A stretch of DNA of 64,000 bases from Alphaproteobacteria bacterium (GCA_046317875.1 JBKCVN010000011.1:10898-74897); one strand, 5' to 3'; positions 1 to 10,995 are shown, numbered from the stretch's first letter. The notes: generated by a model not told the origin, from the letters alone. Program-made: numbers and translations.

Positions 1-1
1 G

Positions 2-808
2 AATGGATTATTAGAATCCAGTGAACTATCGTCGGAGGACAGGTTTCTGATTGAACAAAAATGTATCGAAAAAAGTAGGTCTTTGTCCCAAGTTCTAACA
101 GAAGTTTCAAATATTTTATCGGGACTATCTACATGCGCTGGATTTGTGGTGGTCCCTCAAGAAGAAAAAATCTTGCGTCAAATTGAATTTATACCCCTGG
201 ATGACGGTACAGCCCTTGCGATTATGGTGACACAAGAAGGAGAAGTGGAAAACCGCTTGTTCCAACTACCTATTGGGTTTTCTATCTCAACTTTAATAGA
301 GGCAGGCAATTACTTAAATGCTCGTCTTGCGGGACGCACCCTAAGTGAAGCCAAAAATCGTATTTTAAAGGAATTATCCTCCCACCAGGCTGATTTGGAT
401 TTATTAAGCCAAGAAGTTATTAAATCTGGTCTTGCCATGTGGAGTGGTACAGGGAAAGGAGCATCCCTCATTGTAAATGGACAATCTAATTTGCTTAATA
501 GGGTGGAACATTTAGAAGATCTGAATACCATTAAACATATTTTTGGATTACTTGAAAAAAAGGAGAACTTGATTAATTTATTAGATGCTTCTATGAAAGG
601 AGAAGGTATCCAAATTTTTATTGGAGCAGAAAATGAATTGTTTCACCATGTGGGATGTTCCCTTGTGTTATCGCCCTATGAGAGCAAACTAGGGGATATT
701 GTGGGCGCGATTGGAGTCATTGGACCCAAGCGTCTGAATTATGGACGGATTATTCCCATGGTGAATTATACAGCAAAAATTTTAAGTCGTATTTTAAGCG
801 GCAAATAA
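2..808 (+). CDS. hrcA: Heat-inducible transcription repressor HrcA, 5' partial (frame open to window start)
   Basis: Middle and C-terminal HrcA-like sequence (..GLSTCAGFVVVPQEEKILRQIEFIPLDDGTALAIMVTQEGEVENR..). The frame of the 83..808 ORF has no stop back to position 2. grpE follows 18 bp downstream, the classic hrcA-grpE pair. Confidence 0.8.
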   Translation, partial: NGLLESSELSSEDRFLIEQKCIEKSRSLSQVLTEVSNILSGLSTCAGFVVVPQEEKILRQIEFIPLDDGTALAIMVTQEGEVENRLFQLPIGFSISTLIEAGNYLNARLAGRTLSEAKNRILKELSSHQADLDLLSQEVIKSGLAMWSGTGKGASLIVNGQSNLLNRVEHLEDLNTIKHIFGLLEKKENLINLLDASMKGEGIQIFIGAENELFHHVGCSLVLSPYESKLGDIVGAIGVIGPKRLNYGRIIPMVNYTAKILSRILSGK

Positions 809-825
809 TTTAAGGAGACCACAAA

Positions 826-1371
826 ATGGAAAAAGAAAATATGAATGAAGAAAAAAACCTGAATCAAGAAGCTGAAGAAGTTCTTGAAAAAACTGAAACT
901 GATTCGGAGATTGATAACACAGAAGAAGTTTCCCGTTTGAAAGATCAATTGTTGCGCACCCTGGCCGATTTAGAAAATACGCGGAAACGGGCAGAGCGTG
1001 AAAAGGAAGAAATCCGGAAATATGCGGTGGCAGGATTTTGTAAAGACTTGTTAAGTGTGGTGGATACCTTGGATCGTGCGCTTGAAAGTGTTCCCGAAGA
1101 GGAAAAAAAGAGTCATGACCTGTTTAAAAGATTGTATGAAGGTATTGAATTAACCCGCAACGAGATGGCCAAAACATTTGTGAAACATCACATCACAAAA
1201 ATAACCCCCACAGGTCAGAAATTTGACCACAACTTCCACCAGGCGGTAGTGGAAGTGCCAAGCGCCGATCATGAGGCAGGGATGGTGGTAGATGTGTTAC
1301 AAGCAGGGTATGCAATTGACGATCGTTTGTTACGGCCCGCCATGGTAACCGTCTCGAAAGGGAAAGAGTAA
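826..1371 (+). CDS. grpE: Nucleotide exchange factor GrpE
   Basis: Acidic coiled-coil N-terminus plus the GrpE signature region (LLRTLADLENTRKRAEREKEE...HQAV..V). SD-like taaggagacc lies 8 nt upstream. Confidence 0.9.
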   Translation: MEKENMNEEKNLNQEAEEVLEKTETDSEIDNTEEVSRLKDQLLRTLADLENTRKRAEREKEEIRKYAVAGFCKDLLSVVDTLDRALESVPEEEKKSHDLFKRLYEGIELTRNEMAKTFVKHHITKITPTGQKFDHNFHQAVVEVPSADHEAGMVVDVLQAGYAIDDRLLRPAMVTVSKGKE

Positions 1372-1423
1372 CTGGAGACCGATTATTTCCTTTTTTTCTT
1401 TTTTTAAGAAGACAGCTGGCCGC

Positions 1424-2137
1424 GTGGCAGAAATTGACTCTTTTCTTTTTTACCTATCTTCGGGCGAGGCTGTTTCTATTGAACACCAAGTAAGTAGGCG
1501 GACTAGCCGGTTGCGTTTAAAATGGGTTCCTGCACGTCATCTTTTTTCGTTAACATATCCCCCCATGGTCTCAGAAACTGAAATTCTGACTTTCCTAAGG
1601 TACAATGAGGGCTGGATTAAAAAAAACATCAGGGAAACCAGCCCTAAAACCATTTTTAATATGGGGGATTCTTTTTTATTTTTTGGTCAACGCTATAACA
1701 TTATCCAAGATTTGTTGCGCAAAAAAGGAATTTGGAAGGATGGCCACTCCATTATTGTGGGGAATAATCTTATGGATGCCCCCCAATCTATGGAGCAGTA
1801 TTTAAAAAAGGAAGCTCTTTCTTTTTTTGAAGAATGGTCACACCACTATGCCCGAGTATTGGAAACGAAATTTTCACGAGTCTCCATCCGTGATGGACAT
1901 TCCCGTTGGGGGAGTTGTTCATCATCAGGGACCTTATCCTATTCTTGGCGTTTGGGGCTGGCGCCGTTAGAGGTGGCTAAATATGTATGTGCCCATGAAG
2001 TGGCGCACTTAAAAGAAATGAATCATAGCCCACGATTTTGGGCTCTAGTAGCCCAGCTGGATCCCGATTATAAAAAGCATCGGGCCTGGTTAAAAAAAGA
2101 AGGTCATACCTTGAAAATGATTTCTTTTTTTAAATAA
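1424..2137 (+). CDS. YgjP/DUF45 (M48-like, SprT-like) metal-dependent hydrolase
   Basis: Motif WGSCSSSGTLSYSWRLGLAPLEVAKYVCAHEVAHLKEMNHSPRFWALV with HExxH and a downstream NHS. This is the YgjP family pattern. Confidence 0.7.
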   Translation: MAEIDSFLFYLSSGEAVSIEHQVSRRTSRLRLKWVPARHLFSLTYPPMVSETEILTFLRYNEGWIKKNIRETSPKTIFNMGDSFLFFGQRYNIIQDLLRKKGIWKDGHSIIVGNNLMDAPQSMEQYLKKEALSFFEEWSHHYARVLETKFSRVSIRDGHSRWGSCSSSGTLSYSWRLGLAPLEVAKYVCAHEVAHLKEMNHSPRFWALVAQLDPDYKKHRAWLKKEGHTLKMISFFK

Positions 2138-2140
2138 TTT

Positions 2141-2581
2141 ATGGAAGATGATTTTGCCATATTCACTCTTCTAAAATCCACATTTCAAGGAAAGTATTCC
2201 TTTGTACGGTATGTATCTTTTCTTCCCCAAGGGTGGAAGGGGACAGCAGAATTTTCTGAAGCGTTAGTCACGGCACGCATTCCTTACCAAGAAAAAGGTT
2301 TTTATTTTTTAGGCTCTGAAATCCAAGAGTTTTATCAAGAACGATTTTTTCAAATTAATGAAGGTGGTTTTATAATCTTAAAACAAGATGCTATGATTTT
2401 GCATACGTTTTCTACGCCCCATTTTTCAGAGAAAGGTATATTTTATTCCCACGTTCATTCTTGTGGGGCAGATGTTTATCATTGTGATTTTTTCATTCAA
2501 ACGCATCAGTTCCAAACTTTCTATACCATCCAAGGCCCCAAGAAAAATTTTTCTATCCATACTTTTTATAGTGTATTGTGA
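2141..2581 (+). CDS. Hypothetical protein (146 aa), no recognisable domain
   Basis: ORF begins 3 bp after the ygjP-like stop. Aromatic-rich, no signal peptide. Confidence 0.4.
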   Translation: MEDDFAIFTLLKSTFQGKYSFVRYVSFLPQGWKGTAEFSEALVTARIPYQEKGFYFLGSEIQEFYQERFFQINEGGFIILKQDAMILHTFSTPHFSEKGIFYSHVHSCGADVYHCDFFIQTHQFQTFYTIQGPKKNFSIHTFYSVL

Positions 2582-2835
2582 GGTTAATAACTTGAAATAT
2601 ATAGATTAATTATTATATAGGGTGTAGTGGTTGAGGGCTTTGATGAAAAAAGATTCAACAAGGTTTGGAGAGATATTTTTTAATCTTCTGGATTTTTTCC
2701 TAGAGTTGTTATCCCGATTTTAATGGGGATTAAAATATCTAGGACAGCGCCTAGTTTTTTACGATTGAATAATATGAATTATATCTTATATGTGTTTTAT
2801 GGGCATTGAAAGTGTCGCTTTAAGGGAGTTAAAAA

Positions 2836-3894
2836 ATGAAAGTTTCTTTAAAAATTTTGTCACTAAGTATCGCTGTAATTCTGGCCAATGAATCCATGGC
2901 CGTTAAAGCTTTCGAATATGAAGATCTAGAACGTCTGAGAAGAAACCCAACCTTTTATGATCGCTTACAGGCTTATGAAAAGAAAGAATATACTCTAGAA
3001 AAAGTTCAAACAGAAATAGAGAAAATTTCCACATGGCAAGAATATGCCTTTTTTTGTAAAATGCATTTAAATTTTTCTCAATTTAAAGCTACTCAAAGGG
3101 AAGCGGTGCCCCAGTTCTGGACAGAAAAAGAAGGTTTTTTAGAAAAAGGAAAATTTTTATTAAATGAAAAAATGAGGGTTATTTTTTCAGATTTTGATCG
3201 TATTGCTGATAGGAAAGAAGAGAAAGATTTTGAATTTCTCAAAGAGACTAGCGAAAAGAAAGCGGCATTAAAAATGAAAGAAAAATCTTTCTTTAAAGCT
3301 AAATCTTTGTTTGATAATTGGAGGCGCGTTCCCTTTTCTTCTTCTGAACAAGAAGCCATAGAAATCATTCATGGAGGTAGCCTCAGATATCTCATGGACT
3401 TTCTAACAGGGCATGAAAAAGGATATGATTTGGAGTTCCCTAATAGAAGAAGAACTCCAAATAAATTACAAAACGTTTTAAGTACTTTTGAAGACCGAGA
3501 AACGTTAGGGCTTGGAAAGGCCTTCGGAATTCAAGTTCATCCCATATCGGCCCAGGAAGATATAAGAGATGTGATTAAAAGGTCTGCATACTATGCTGTT
3601 GATAGATCTAAGCCTTATCAAGATTTTCCTGTTATTCTAAGGGCGACGATCCAACCTCAATTTTTAGACATGGCAGATAATGAATATGAAGCAGGGTTAA
3701 GAAGTTGTTATGTTTCTCAATTGAAGAATATCCGTATTGAGATTTTAGGATATAGTAAAAGAGCTTCTGAAGTGCACGCCCCCATTTCATGGAAAATAGA
3801 ACAAGAGAAAGCTGAGCATATGCCCTCTGATTTGTTGAAACGGTATTTAAATAAGTTTGAAAAAAAATTAAGCTACCTAGACTTGGCTATATAA
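2836..3894 (+). CDS. Hypothetical secreted protein (352 aa, Lys/Glu-rich)
   Basis: N-terminal Sec signal peptide (MKVSLKILSLSIAVILANESMA). RBS aagggag lies upstream. No recognisable domain. Confidence 0.55.
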   Translation: MKVSLKILSLSIAVILANESMAVKAFEYEDLERLRRNPTFYDRLQAYEKKEYTLEKVQTEIEKISTWQEYAFFCKMHLNFSQFKATQREAVPQFWTEKEGFLEKGKFLLNEKMRVIFSDFDRIADRKEEKDFEFLKETSEKKAALKMKEKSFFKAKSLFDNWRRVPFSSSEQEAIEIIHGGSLRYLMDFLTGHEKGYDLEFPNRRRTPNKLQNVLSTFEDRETLGLGKAFGIQVHPISAQEDIRDVIKRSAYYAVDRSKPYQDFPVILRATIQPQFLDMADNEYEAGLRSCYVSQLKNIRIEILGYSKRASEVHAPISWKIEQEKAEHMPSDLLKRYLNKFEKKLSYLDLAI

Positions 3895-3911
3895 TATAAG
3901 TTTTTGAGGCC

Positions 3912-6740
3912 TTATTTTTCCAGGTAAGGCTTCAAAAACCTTCCCGTATAGCTTTTCTGAACCTTAATAATATCTTCTGGGGTGCCTTGGGTGATAATTT
4001 CCCCACCCTTGTCACCCCCTTCGGGGCCCAGATCAATAATCCAGTCGGCTGTTTTAATCACATCTAAGTTGTGTTCAATGACGATCATCGAGTTGCCTTG
4101 ATCTACCAATTCATGAAGAACTTCCAACAGCTTCCGAATGTCCTCAAAATGAAGACCGGTGGTGGGTTCGTCTAGAATATATAGGGTACGGCCCGTTGCC
4201 CGCTTTGAAAGCTCTTTAGAAAGTTTAATACGCTGAGCTTCACCGCCGGATAGAGTGGTGGCCCGTTGACCAATTTCCATATACCCAAGACCCACCCGTT
4301 GCAAGGTTTCTAGTTTGTCCCGAATGCTGGGAACGGCTTCGAAAAACTTAATGCCATCGTCTACGCTCATGTCCAATACATCAGCGATGGATTTGTCTTT
4401 ATACTTTATATCTAACGTTTCTCGGTTGTATCGTTTGCCCTTGCAATGGTCGCACGTTACAAAAACATCGGGCAGAAAATGCATTTCAATTTTTAAAACA
4501 CCATCCCCTTGGCAGGCTTCACAGCGGCCTCCCTTCACGTTAAATGAGAATCGTCCCACTGTATAACCACTCGATTTAGCTTCGGGCAGTTTGGCAAACC
4601 ATTCCCGGATGGGTGTAAAAATACCCGTATAGGTGGCAGGGTTTGAGCGTGGCGTTCGACCAATGGGGGATTGATCAATATTGATCACCTTATCAATATG
4701 CTCGACCCCTTTAAGGGCTTTGTACTCGCCCCCCTTTTCCCGTGTCTTGTTTAGGATGCGGTTGAGTGCCTTATAGAGGGTTTCATTTACAAGTGTTGAT
4801 TTGCCTCCTCCGGAAACACCCGTAACGCAGGTTAGTTTGCCCAAGGGAAAATCCACACTGACATTTTTCAGGTTATTAGAAGATGCCCCTTCTAGCCGAA
4901 TAAATTTATTTTTTATGCCAGGACGGCGCACCTCGGGAATGGGAATGTTCTTAGTGCCTTTTAAATAGGCCCCCGTAAGACTGGCAGGGTTTTGGGCAAT
5001 TTCATCTGGCGTCCCTTGAGCCACAATTTCTCCGCCGTGCTTGCCAGCATAGGGACCCATGTCCAGAACATAGTCGGCCATTTTGATGGCATCTTCATCA
5101 TGCTCCACCACAATAACCGTATTTCCTAAATTACGAAGATGTTGCAAGGTTTCTAATAGCCGATCATTGTCTCGTTGGTGAAGACCAATGGAGGGTTCAT
5201 CCAGTACATATAAAACACCCGTCAGGCCTGACCCAATTTGTGAGGCTAAGCGAATGCGCTGGGATTCTCCGCCTGATAAAGTACCTGATGTACGGGACAG
5301 GGTTAAATAATCTAATCCCACACTTTTTAAAAAGCTGAGCCGATCTTTAATTTCTTTTAAAATACGAACAGCAATGGCCTTTTGTTTTTCTGTCAGATGG
5401 CTGGATAGGGTTTCAAACCACGCCACCGATTCTTCGATGGAAAAATCCGTAATTTCACCAATATGAAGATGATTAATTTTGACGCACAATGCTTCGGGTT
5501 TCAGACGATAGGAATGGCACGCATCGCAGGGTACGCTGCTTTGGTATTTGGAAAGCTCTTCCCGGGTGCGTTCGCTTTCGGTGGATTTCCATCGACGTTC
5601 TAAATTCGGAAGTACCCCTTCGAAGGCTTTCTGGGTATGATATGTTTTCCCATAATCTTGCTGAATGGATATTTTTTCGGTGCCCGATCCATAAAGAAAA
5701 ATATGTTGTATGGGTTTTGGGATTTGCGAAAAAGGAATCAGAGTGGAAACATTATAATGCTTGGCCACTGACTCTAAAACACGATAATAAAATTCCTCGA
5801 ACGGGCCAAACCATGGTTCAATCGCCCCCTCACGCAGGCTCAGCTGGGGGTTCGGAATCACCAAATTTTCATCAAATATCAAACGAATTCCCAGCCCATC
5901 GCAGGCAGGACAGGCCCCAAAAGGACTATTAAAAGAGAAAAGTCGAGGTTCTATTTCTTCAAGGGTGAACCCTGATTCGGGACAGCAAAATTTTTCGGAA
6001 AATAATATTTCTTCTTGTGTATCCACATTTTCAGCAATAGCTAAGCCTTCACCTAAGGGCAGAATGGTTTCAAAGGCATCGGCCAATCGTTTTTCAATGC
6101 CGGGACGAATCAGGATACGATCCACCACCACGGATAGGGTGTGCTTTATATTTTTATCCAGGGCAGGGATGTTATCAATTTCATAAAATTGGCCATTAAT
6201 TTTTAGGCGTTGGAATCCCTTCTTCTTTAGGTCGTTAATTTCTTTTTTATATTCCCCCTTGCGACCCCGTACCAGAGGCGCCATGAGAGCCAGCTTAGTA
6301 CCTTCATCCAAACCCATTAAGCGATCCACCATTTCAGAAATGGTTTGGCTTTGGATGGGTTTGCCGGTGGTGGGCGAGTAGGGAACGCCGATACGGGCAA
6401 ATAAAAGCCTTAGATAATCATAAATTTCTGTGATGGTCCCCACTGTGGATCGGGGGTTTTTAGAGGTTGTTTTTTGTTCAATTGAGATGGCGGGAGATAG
6501 ACCTTCTATGGAGTCTACTTCGGGTTTTTGTGTTAATTCTAGAAATTGACGGGCATAAGCGGACAGGCTTTCCACATAGCGACGTTGACCTTCTGCGTAA
6601 ATGGTATCAAAGGCCAAAGATGACTTGCCCGAGCCACTGACACCTGTGATGACAATAAGTTGGTTGCGTGGCAAATCCACAGAGATATTTTTTAGATTAT
6701 GTTCGCGCGCCCCGCGGATGGAAATAAATTGAGAATACAT
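3912..6740 (-). CDS. uvrA: Excinuclease ABC subunit A
   Basis: 942 aa. Duplicated ABC ATPase modules ([12 protein letters not shown] / [15 protein letters not shown] signatures) and Zn-finger CxxC pairs. Confidence 0.95.
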   Translation of the reverse strand: MYSQFISIRGAREHNLKNISVDLPRNQLIVITGVSGSGKSSLAFDTIYAEGQRRYVESLSAYARQFLELTQKPEVDSIEGLSPAISIEQKTTSKNPRSTVGTITEIYDYLRLLFARIGVPYSPTTGKPIQSQTISEMVDRLMGLDEGTKLALMAPLVRGRKGEYKKEINDLKKKGFQRLKINGQFYEIDNIPALDKNIKHTLSVVVDRILIRPGIEKRLADAFETILPLGEGLAIAENVDTQEEILFSEKFCCPESGFTLEEIEPRLFSFNSPFGACPACDGLGIRLIFDENLVIPNPQLSLREGAIEPWFGPFEEFYYRVLESVAKHYNVSTLIPFSQIPKPIQHIFLYGSGTEKISIQQDYGKTYHTQKAFEGVLPNLERRWKSTESERTREELSKYQSSVPCDACHSYRLKPEALCVKINHLHIGEITDFSIEESVAWFETLSSHLTEKQKAIAVRILKEIKDRLSFLKSVGLDYLTLSRTSGTLSGGESQRIRLASQIGSGLTGVLYVLDEPSIGLHQRDNDRLLETLQHLRNLGNTVIVVEHDEDAIKMADYVLDMGPYAGKHGGEIVAQGTPDEIAQNPASLTGAYLKGTKNIPIPEVRRPGIKNKFIRLEGASSNNLKNVSVDFPLGKLTCVTGVSGGGKSTLVNETLYKALNRILNKTREKGGEYKALKGVEHIDKVINIDQSPIGRTPRSNPATYTGIFTPIREWFAKLPEAKSSGYTVGRFSFNVKGGRCEACQGDGVLKIEMHFLPDVFVTCDHCKGKRYNRETLDIKYKDKSIADVLDMSVDDGIKFFEAVPSIRDKLETLQRVGLGYMEIGQRATTLSGGEAQRIKLSKELSKRATGRTLYILDEPTTGLHFEDIRKLLEVLHELVDQGNSMIVIEHNLDVIKTADWIIDLGPEGGDKGGEIITQGTPEDIIKVQKSYTGRFLKPYLEK

Positions 6741-6813
6741 ACAGGAACTGTGGGGGATTTTTTCATGTTCGTCAATAATGAAATATTCAGCTTTTTAAAG
6801 TATTATATAAAAG

Positions 6814-6829
6814 TTTCATCTCGATGAAA
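6814..6829. promoter_or_regulatory. 16-bp perfect palindrome TTTCATCTCGATGAAA in the uvrA/ftsK divergent intergenic region (candidate operator)
   Basis: Seen directly in the sequence. It does not match the alphaproteobacterial GTTC-N7-GTTC box, the E. coli CTGT-N8-ACAG box, or the Cheo-box LexA consensus. Confidence 0.3.
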
Positions 6830-6867
6830 TCTTGCAGTATAGTAATCTGTAAATGAAAGAATAAAAC

Positions 6868-9207
6868 ATGAATTTTGGTTATAAAAACACAGCGAAAAAA
6901 AACTTATTTTCCGAAGAGATGGTGTCTTTTTTTAAGAAGCGTTCCTACGAGTTGTTAGGGTTTGTATTAGTCGTATTTGGTTTGGCTTTATTTTTAGCCC
7001 TGACCAGTTATGCAAATCAAGATGTGTCCTGGAATACCATTCGGGAAGATATTTCCCCCCGGAACATCATGGGAACAGGGGGGGCCTATCTTGCAGATTT
7101 TTTCTTCCAAACCATCGGTCTTTCTAGTTACTTAATACCCTTTTTATGCTTGGTATGGGGCGTTCATATCATTCTATTTCATTCTTTGTCTTATTGGAAA
7201 TGGCGGCTTGTAGCAGTCCCTTTTATGGGGGTATTTTGCGCTGCAGGGCTTGGGGGGATTGAATGGAGTTTTTTTGTTAAAAGTGGTGGTGCATTAGGCT
7301 TAGTTCTTCATAATGCCAGCATGGTTTTCTTATCAAAGATAGGGATCCCAGGATGGGTGTGGGGCTTATTTTTATTGGTTTCGGGTCTGGCCATTTTTGT
7401 ATTTATTTTGGGTCTTTCCAAGGAAACCTGGCTTACTATTGGTCGGGTGCTGTTATCCGCTTTAAAAAGTGTTGGTGCTCTTTTTCAGAGCATGCTGTTG
7501 TTGGCTAAAAAAGAAAAGCCCATGCAAGGTGAGATGTTGTTGGAAGAGGGGATCGAAATGGTAGAAACTGATCTCGACTCGGTACCACCTGCCCCTTTAT
7601 CTTTTGCAGCAGAGGCGATGGGAAGGGATATGGATGAGATTGAGTCTTCTCCTCCCCGACCAAAAACAAAACCCGTACCGGTGACGTCCTCTAAAACGTT
7701 CAGTACACCCAGAACATCCTCAGGATATGAATTTCCTTCTTTGGATTTATTACAAAAAGAAATAAACACGGGCCGTCATGCTTCCCTTTCCAAGGATGCT
7801 TTGAAAGAAAATGCTGACCATCTAAAGAAAACCTTGGAAGATTTTGGGGTGCAGGGGGATATTTTAAATGCCTATCCCGGACCTGTGGTGACCCTCTATG
7901 AATTTAAGCCTGCACCAGGGGTAAAATCAGCCCGCGTAGTGGGATTGGCAGATGACATTGCCCGATCCACCAGTTCCCTTTCAACCCGTATTTCGGTTAT
8001 GCCCGGTGTGAATGCCCTGGGTATCGAGATACCAAATCCTAGCAAAGAGAAAGTATTTATGCGCTCTTTGTTGGAAACGGATTCTTTTAATAATCCTTCT
8101 TTTAACCTGCCTTTGGCCTTGGGGAAGAATATTAGCGGGGACCCGGTAATCGGGGACCTTAGTCGCATGCCCCACTTATTGATTGCGGGAACCACCGGAT
8201 CAGGTAAGTCCGTATCCATTAACACCATGATTCTCTCTCTCCTGTATAGGCTCTCTCCTGATGAATGCAAGTTTATTATGGTGGATCCCAAGATGTTAGA
8301 GCTATCGGTTTATGATGGTATTCCCCATCTGTTAACCCCCGTTGTGACGGACCCACACAAAGCAGTCATGGCCTTAAAGTGGGTAGTGCGCGAAATGGAA
8401 ACACGCTATCAAAAAATGTCTAAACTGGGTGTACGTAATATCGAAGGATATAACGAACGTATGAAGCAAGCCCAAGAAAAAGGGGAAGTGATAACCCATA
8501 AAGTACAAACGGGATTTGATGCTGAAACAGGGAAGCCCTTGTTTGAAGAACATCCTATGGACATGAAAAAACTGCCTTTCATTGTGGTGGTGGTGGATGA
8601 AATGGCTGACCTTATGTTAGTGGCGGGCAAGGATATTGAGTCTGCCGTTCAACGGTTAGCCCAAATGGCCCGTGCTGCGGGAATTCATTTGATTATGGCC
8701 ACCCAAAGACCATCTGTAGACGTAATCACCGGGACTATAAAAGCCAACTTCCCCACCCGCATTAGTTTTCATGTTACCTCGAAGATCGATAGCCGTACCA
8801 TTTTAGGCGAGCAAGGTGCTGAACAACTGTTGGGTCAAGGCGATATGCTATACATGAAACCAGGAGGTCGGATTTTGCGTGTTCATGGACCCTTTGTGGA
8901 AGACCGAGAAGTGGAACGTGTTGTTCAATTTTTACGCACCCAAGGAGAGCCAGTGTATGAAGAAAGCATTGAAGAAGAAAGCTTTAATGCATCTGTCGGG
9001 TTAGGGGGAGACGAAGCAGGCGGGGATGATCTTTATAATGAAGCCCTATCAATTGTCTTACGGGAAGGCAAGGCCTCTACCAGCTTTATTCAGCGTCATT
9101 TGCAAATTGGATATAATCGGGCAGCCCGTATTATTGAACAAATGGAAAAAGAAGGTGTTGTAAGTAAGCCTAATCATGTGGGTAAACGAGAGATCCTGAG
9201 CCAGTAA
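6868..9207 (+). CDS. ftsK: DNA translocase FtsK
   Basis: 779 aa. N-terminal TM segments, Pro-rich linker, C-terminal ATPase domain (GTTGSGKSV Walker A) and winged-helix gamma domain. Confidence 0.9.
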   Translation: MNFGYKNTAKKNLFSEEMVSFFKKRSYELLGFVLVVFGLALFLALTSYANQDVSWNTIREDISPRNIMGTGGAYLADFFFQTIGLSSYLIPFLCLVWGVHIILFHSLSYWKWRLVAVPFMGVFCAAGLGGIEWSFFVKSGGALGLVLHNASMVFLSKIGIPGWVWGLFLLVSGLAIFVFILGLSKETWLTIGRVLLSALKSVGALFQSMLLLAKKEKPMQGEMLLEEGIEMVETDLDSVPPAPLSFAAEAMGRDMDEIESSPPRPKTKPVPVTSSKTFSTPRTSSGYEFPSLDLLQKEINTGRHASLSKDALKENADHLKKTLEDFGVQGDILNAYPGPVVTLYEFKPAPGVKSARVVGLADDIARSTSSLSTRISVMPGVNALGIEIPNPSKEKVFMRSLLETDSFNNPSFNLPLALGKNISGDPVIGDLSRMPHLLIAGTTGSGKSVSINTMILSLLYRLSPDECKFIMVDPKMLELSVYDGIPHLLTPVVTDPHKAVMALKWVVREMETRYQKMSKLGVRNIEGYNERMKQAQEKGEVITHKVQTGFDAETGKPLFEEHPMDMKKLPFIVVVVDEMADLMLVAGKDIESAVQRLAQMARAAGIHLIMATQRPSVDVITGTIKANFPTRISFHVTSKIDSRTILGEQGAEQLLGQGDMLYMKPGGRILRVHGPFVEDREVERVVQFLRTQGEPVYEESIEEESFNASVGLGGDEAGGDDLYNEALSIVLREGKASTSFIQRHLQIGYNRAARIIEQMEKEGVVSKPNHVGKREILSQ

Positions 9208-9209
9208 AT

Positions 9210-10457
9210 TTATTTTTCCACTGGTTTTGCGAAATACAACGACACTAATGTGATCACTCCACAAATGCTGAGATAAATGGACGGAAATAAATCCGTTCCT
9301 AGGGCGTCAGAAAAATAAAGGCATACAGAGGGAGCTGTACCACCAAAGATAGCCGCCCCCAGTAAATAACAAAACCCGACCCCTGTTTGGCGCTCTTCGG
9401 TTGGAAACAATCGGGCTAAGAAGGCCGAGCAGGGGGCCACAATCCCCATAGAGACAAGGCTAAGTAGAAGACGACTGGACATAAGGGAGAATAGGGTTTT
9501 TTCACCCAAAAACCATGAACTTAAGGGGATGGGGATCAGAACCAATAGAAGACTGGCTATGATCATAATATTTTTTTGTCCTTTTTTATCCCCAATATAG
9601 CCAAAGACGGGAAGTAAAAGAGCCCATAATAAAAGCGTTGCCACGTTGTAGGTTAAAAGAGTTGTGCTGGGAACATTCAAATCCGTTGATAAAATCGAAT
9701 TGATATAAATCAAAATCACGTAAAATGGAAGGTTGGCCCCGGCCGCAATTCCCACACTGCACAGCATGTTTCGTTTTCTGTTTTTAATAATTTGACTTAA
9801 AGGAATTAAAGCAGGATTTTTTTTCTGTTTGACGGCTGCTATAAATTGGGGAGTTTCTTCCAAATAATTGCGGATCTTTAAAATATACAATCCCATAAGG
9901 CCCCCGAAAATAAATACGGCACGCCATCCCCAATCGGGGTAATAGGATACAAAGAAGATACCAAGTAAGCTTGCCGCCGCCGCACCCAAAAAAGCAGATG
10001 AAAACAAAAGACCACTTAATAAGGCCTTCGTTTTAGGTTGGGCATGTTCATTTAAAAAGACAGCAGCACCACTGTAAGCTGCTGCAGCACCCATGCCTTG
10101 CAAGGATAAAAAGAAGACCAATGTGATAGGCGCCCATATACCCAAGATAGAATATCCTGGTAAAATACCAATTAAGAAGGTGGGTATTGAGATGACTAGA
10201 ACACTTAGAATAAGAGATTTTTTTCGCCCATATTTATCCCCAACATACCCAAAAATTAACCCTCCCAATGGCTTCATGACAAACATGGCAGCAAATATGA
10301 GCAAAGCCTTAAGTTGGGTAGACTTGGCATCTTGATCAGGGAAGAAGAAAGGAGCCATGAGAGGGGCATAATATCCATAAAGAACAAAATCAAAGCTTTC
10401 CATACCATTAATCAAAAGACCCGAAATAAAGTTTTTGTATTTATGAAAAAAAGTCAT
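9210..10457 (-). CDS. MFS transporter, metabolite:H+ symporter (ProP-like) family
   Basis: 415 aa, 12 predicted TM segments. MFS motif GYVGDKYGRKKSL after TM2. Confidence 0.8.
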   Translation of the reverse strand: MTFFHKYKNFISGLLINGMESFDFVLYGYYAPLMAPFFFPDQDAKSTQLKALLIFAAMFVMKPLGGLIFGYVGDKYGRKKSLILSVLVISIPTFLIGILPGYSILGIWAPITLVFFLSLQGMGAAAAYSGAAVFLNEHAQPKTKALLSGLLFSSAFLGAAAASLLGIFFVSYYPDWGWRAVFIFGGLMGLYILKIRNYLEETPQFIAAVKQKKNPALIPLSQIIKNRKRNMLCSVGIAAGANLPFYVILIYINSILSTDLNVPSTTLLTYNVATLLLWALLLPVFGYIGDKKGQKNIMIIASLLLVLIPIPLSSWFLGEKTLFSLMSSRLLLSLVSMGIVAPCSAFLARLFPTEERQTGVGFCYLLGAAIFGGTAPSVCLYFSDALGTDLFPSIYLSICGVITLVSLYFAKPVEK

Positions 10458-10728
10458 TATTCCCCCAATTGTTTTTTTATGGCAGGGGGGGCAAGGTAAG
10501 TCAATTATTTAAACGTACATAAATTCCAACTACAGTTTATTCGAAATAAAATTTAATAACCGACCTATCTTTTTCTACTGATGATTATCTAGATTGAGTG
10601 GTTACCAAAATAAAAACTAGGAAAAAATACTTCTAATAAGCACTCAAAATTGCTATATCTTAATCAAGAAAAATAAACCTAAAAAATATTTTCGAATTCA
10701 AAGATTTAAACAAGAAAGTGGTACTGAA

Positions 10729-10980
10729 ATGGCTAATAAAAAGAAAGAAAATCCCCAGATTTCTACAGATTTAAAAATATCTGAAGATAATGCTTTTGTG
10801 AATAAAGGGCATCTTCAGTTTTTTGTGGATCGTAGTTCTGAGACGGTGGAAAGGACCCTTTCTATTATTCAAAGACTTCAGCAAGAAATCAATCAATTAA
10901 AAGACGGTCTCTCGAAAGCCGATAATGAATTTCGAAATCTGAATCGGATAGTAGAAGAGTCCAAAAAAAGAGAAAATTAA
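10729..10980 (+). CDS. Small hypothetical coiled-coil protein (83 aa)
   Basis: ORF in an otherwise empty 540-bp gap. Weak RBS, so it may not be expressed. Confidence 0.3.
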   Translation: MANKKKENPQISTDLKISEDNAFVNKGHLQFFVDRSSETVERTLSIIQRLQQEINQLKDGLSKADNEFRNLNRIVEESKKREN

Positions 10981-10995
10981 ACTTAAAAACTATTT

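Noticed and set aside
4315-6186. Several plus-strand ORFs of 73-147 aa inside uvrA (4315..4566, 5489..5932, 5965..6186), plus similar antisense ORFs inside ftsK, tgt, typA, infB, cysS and the GDH gene
   Set aside because: They lie fully within well-supported genes on the opposite strand, lack RBSs and have low-complexity composition. They are typical shadow ORFs.
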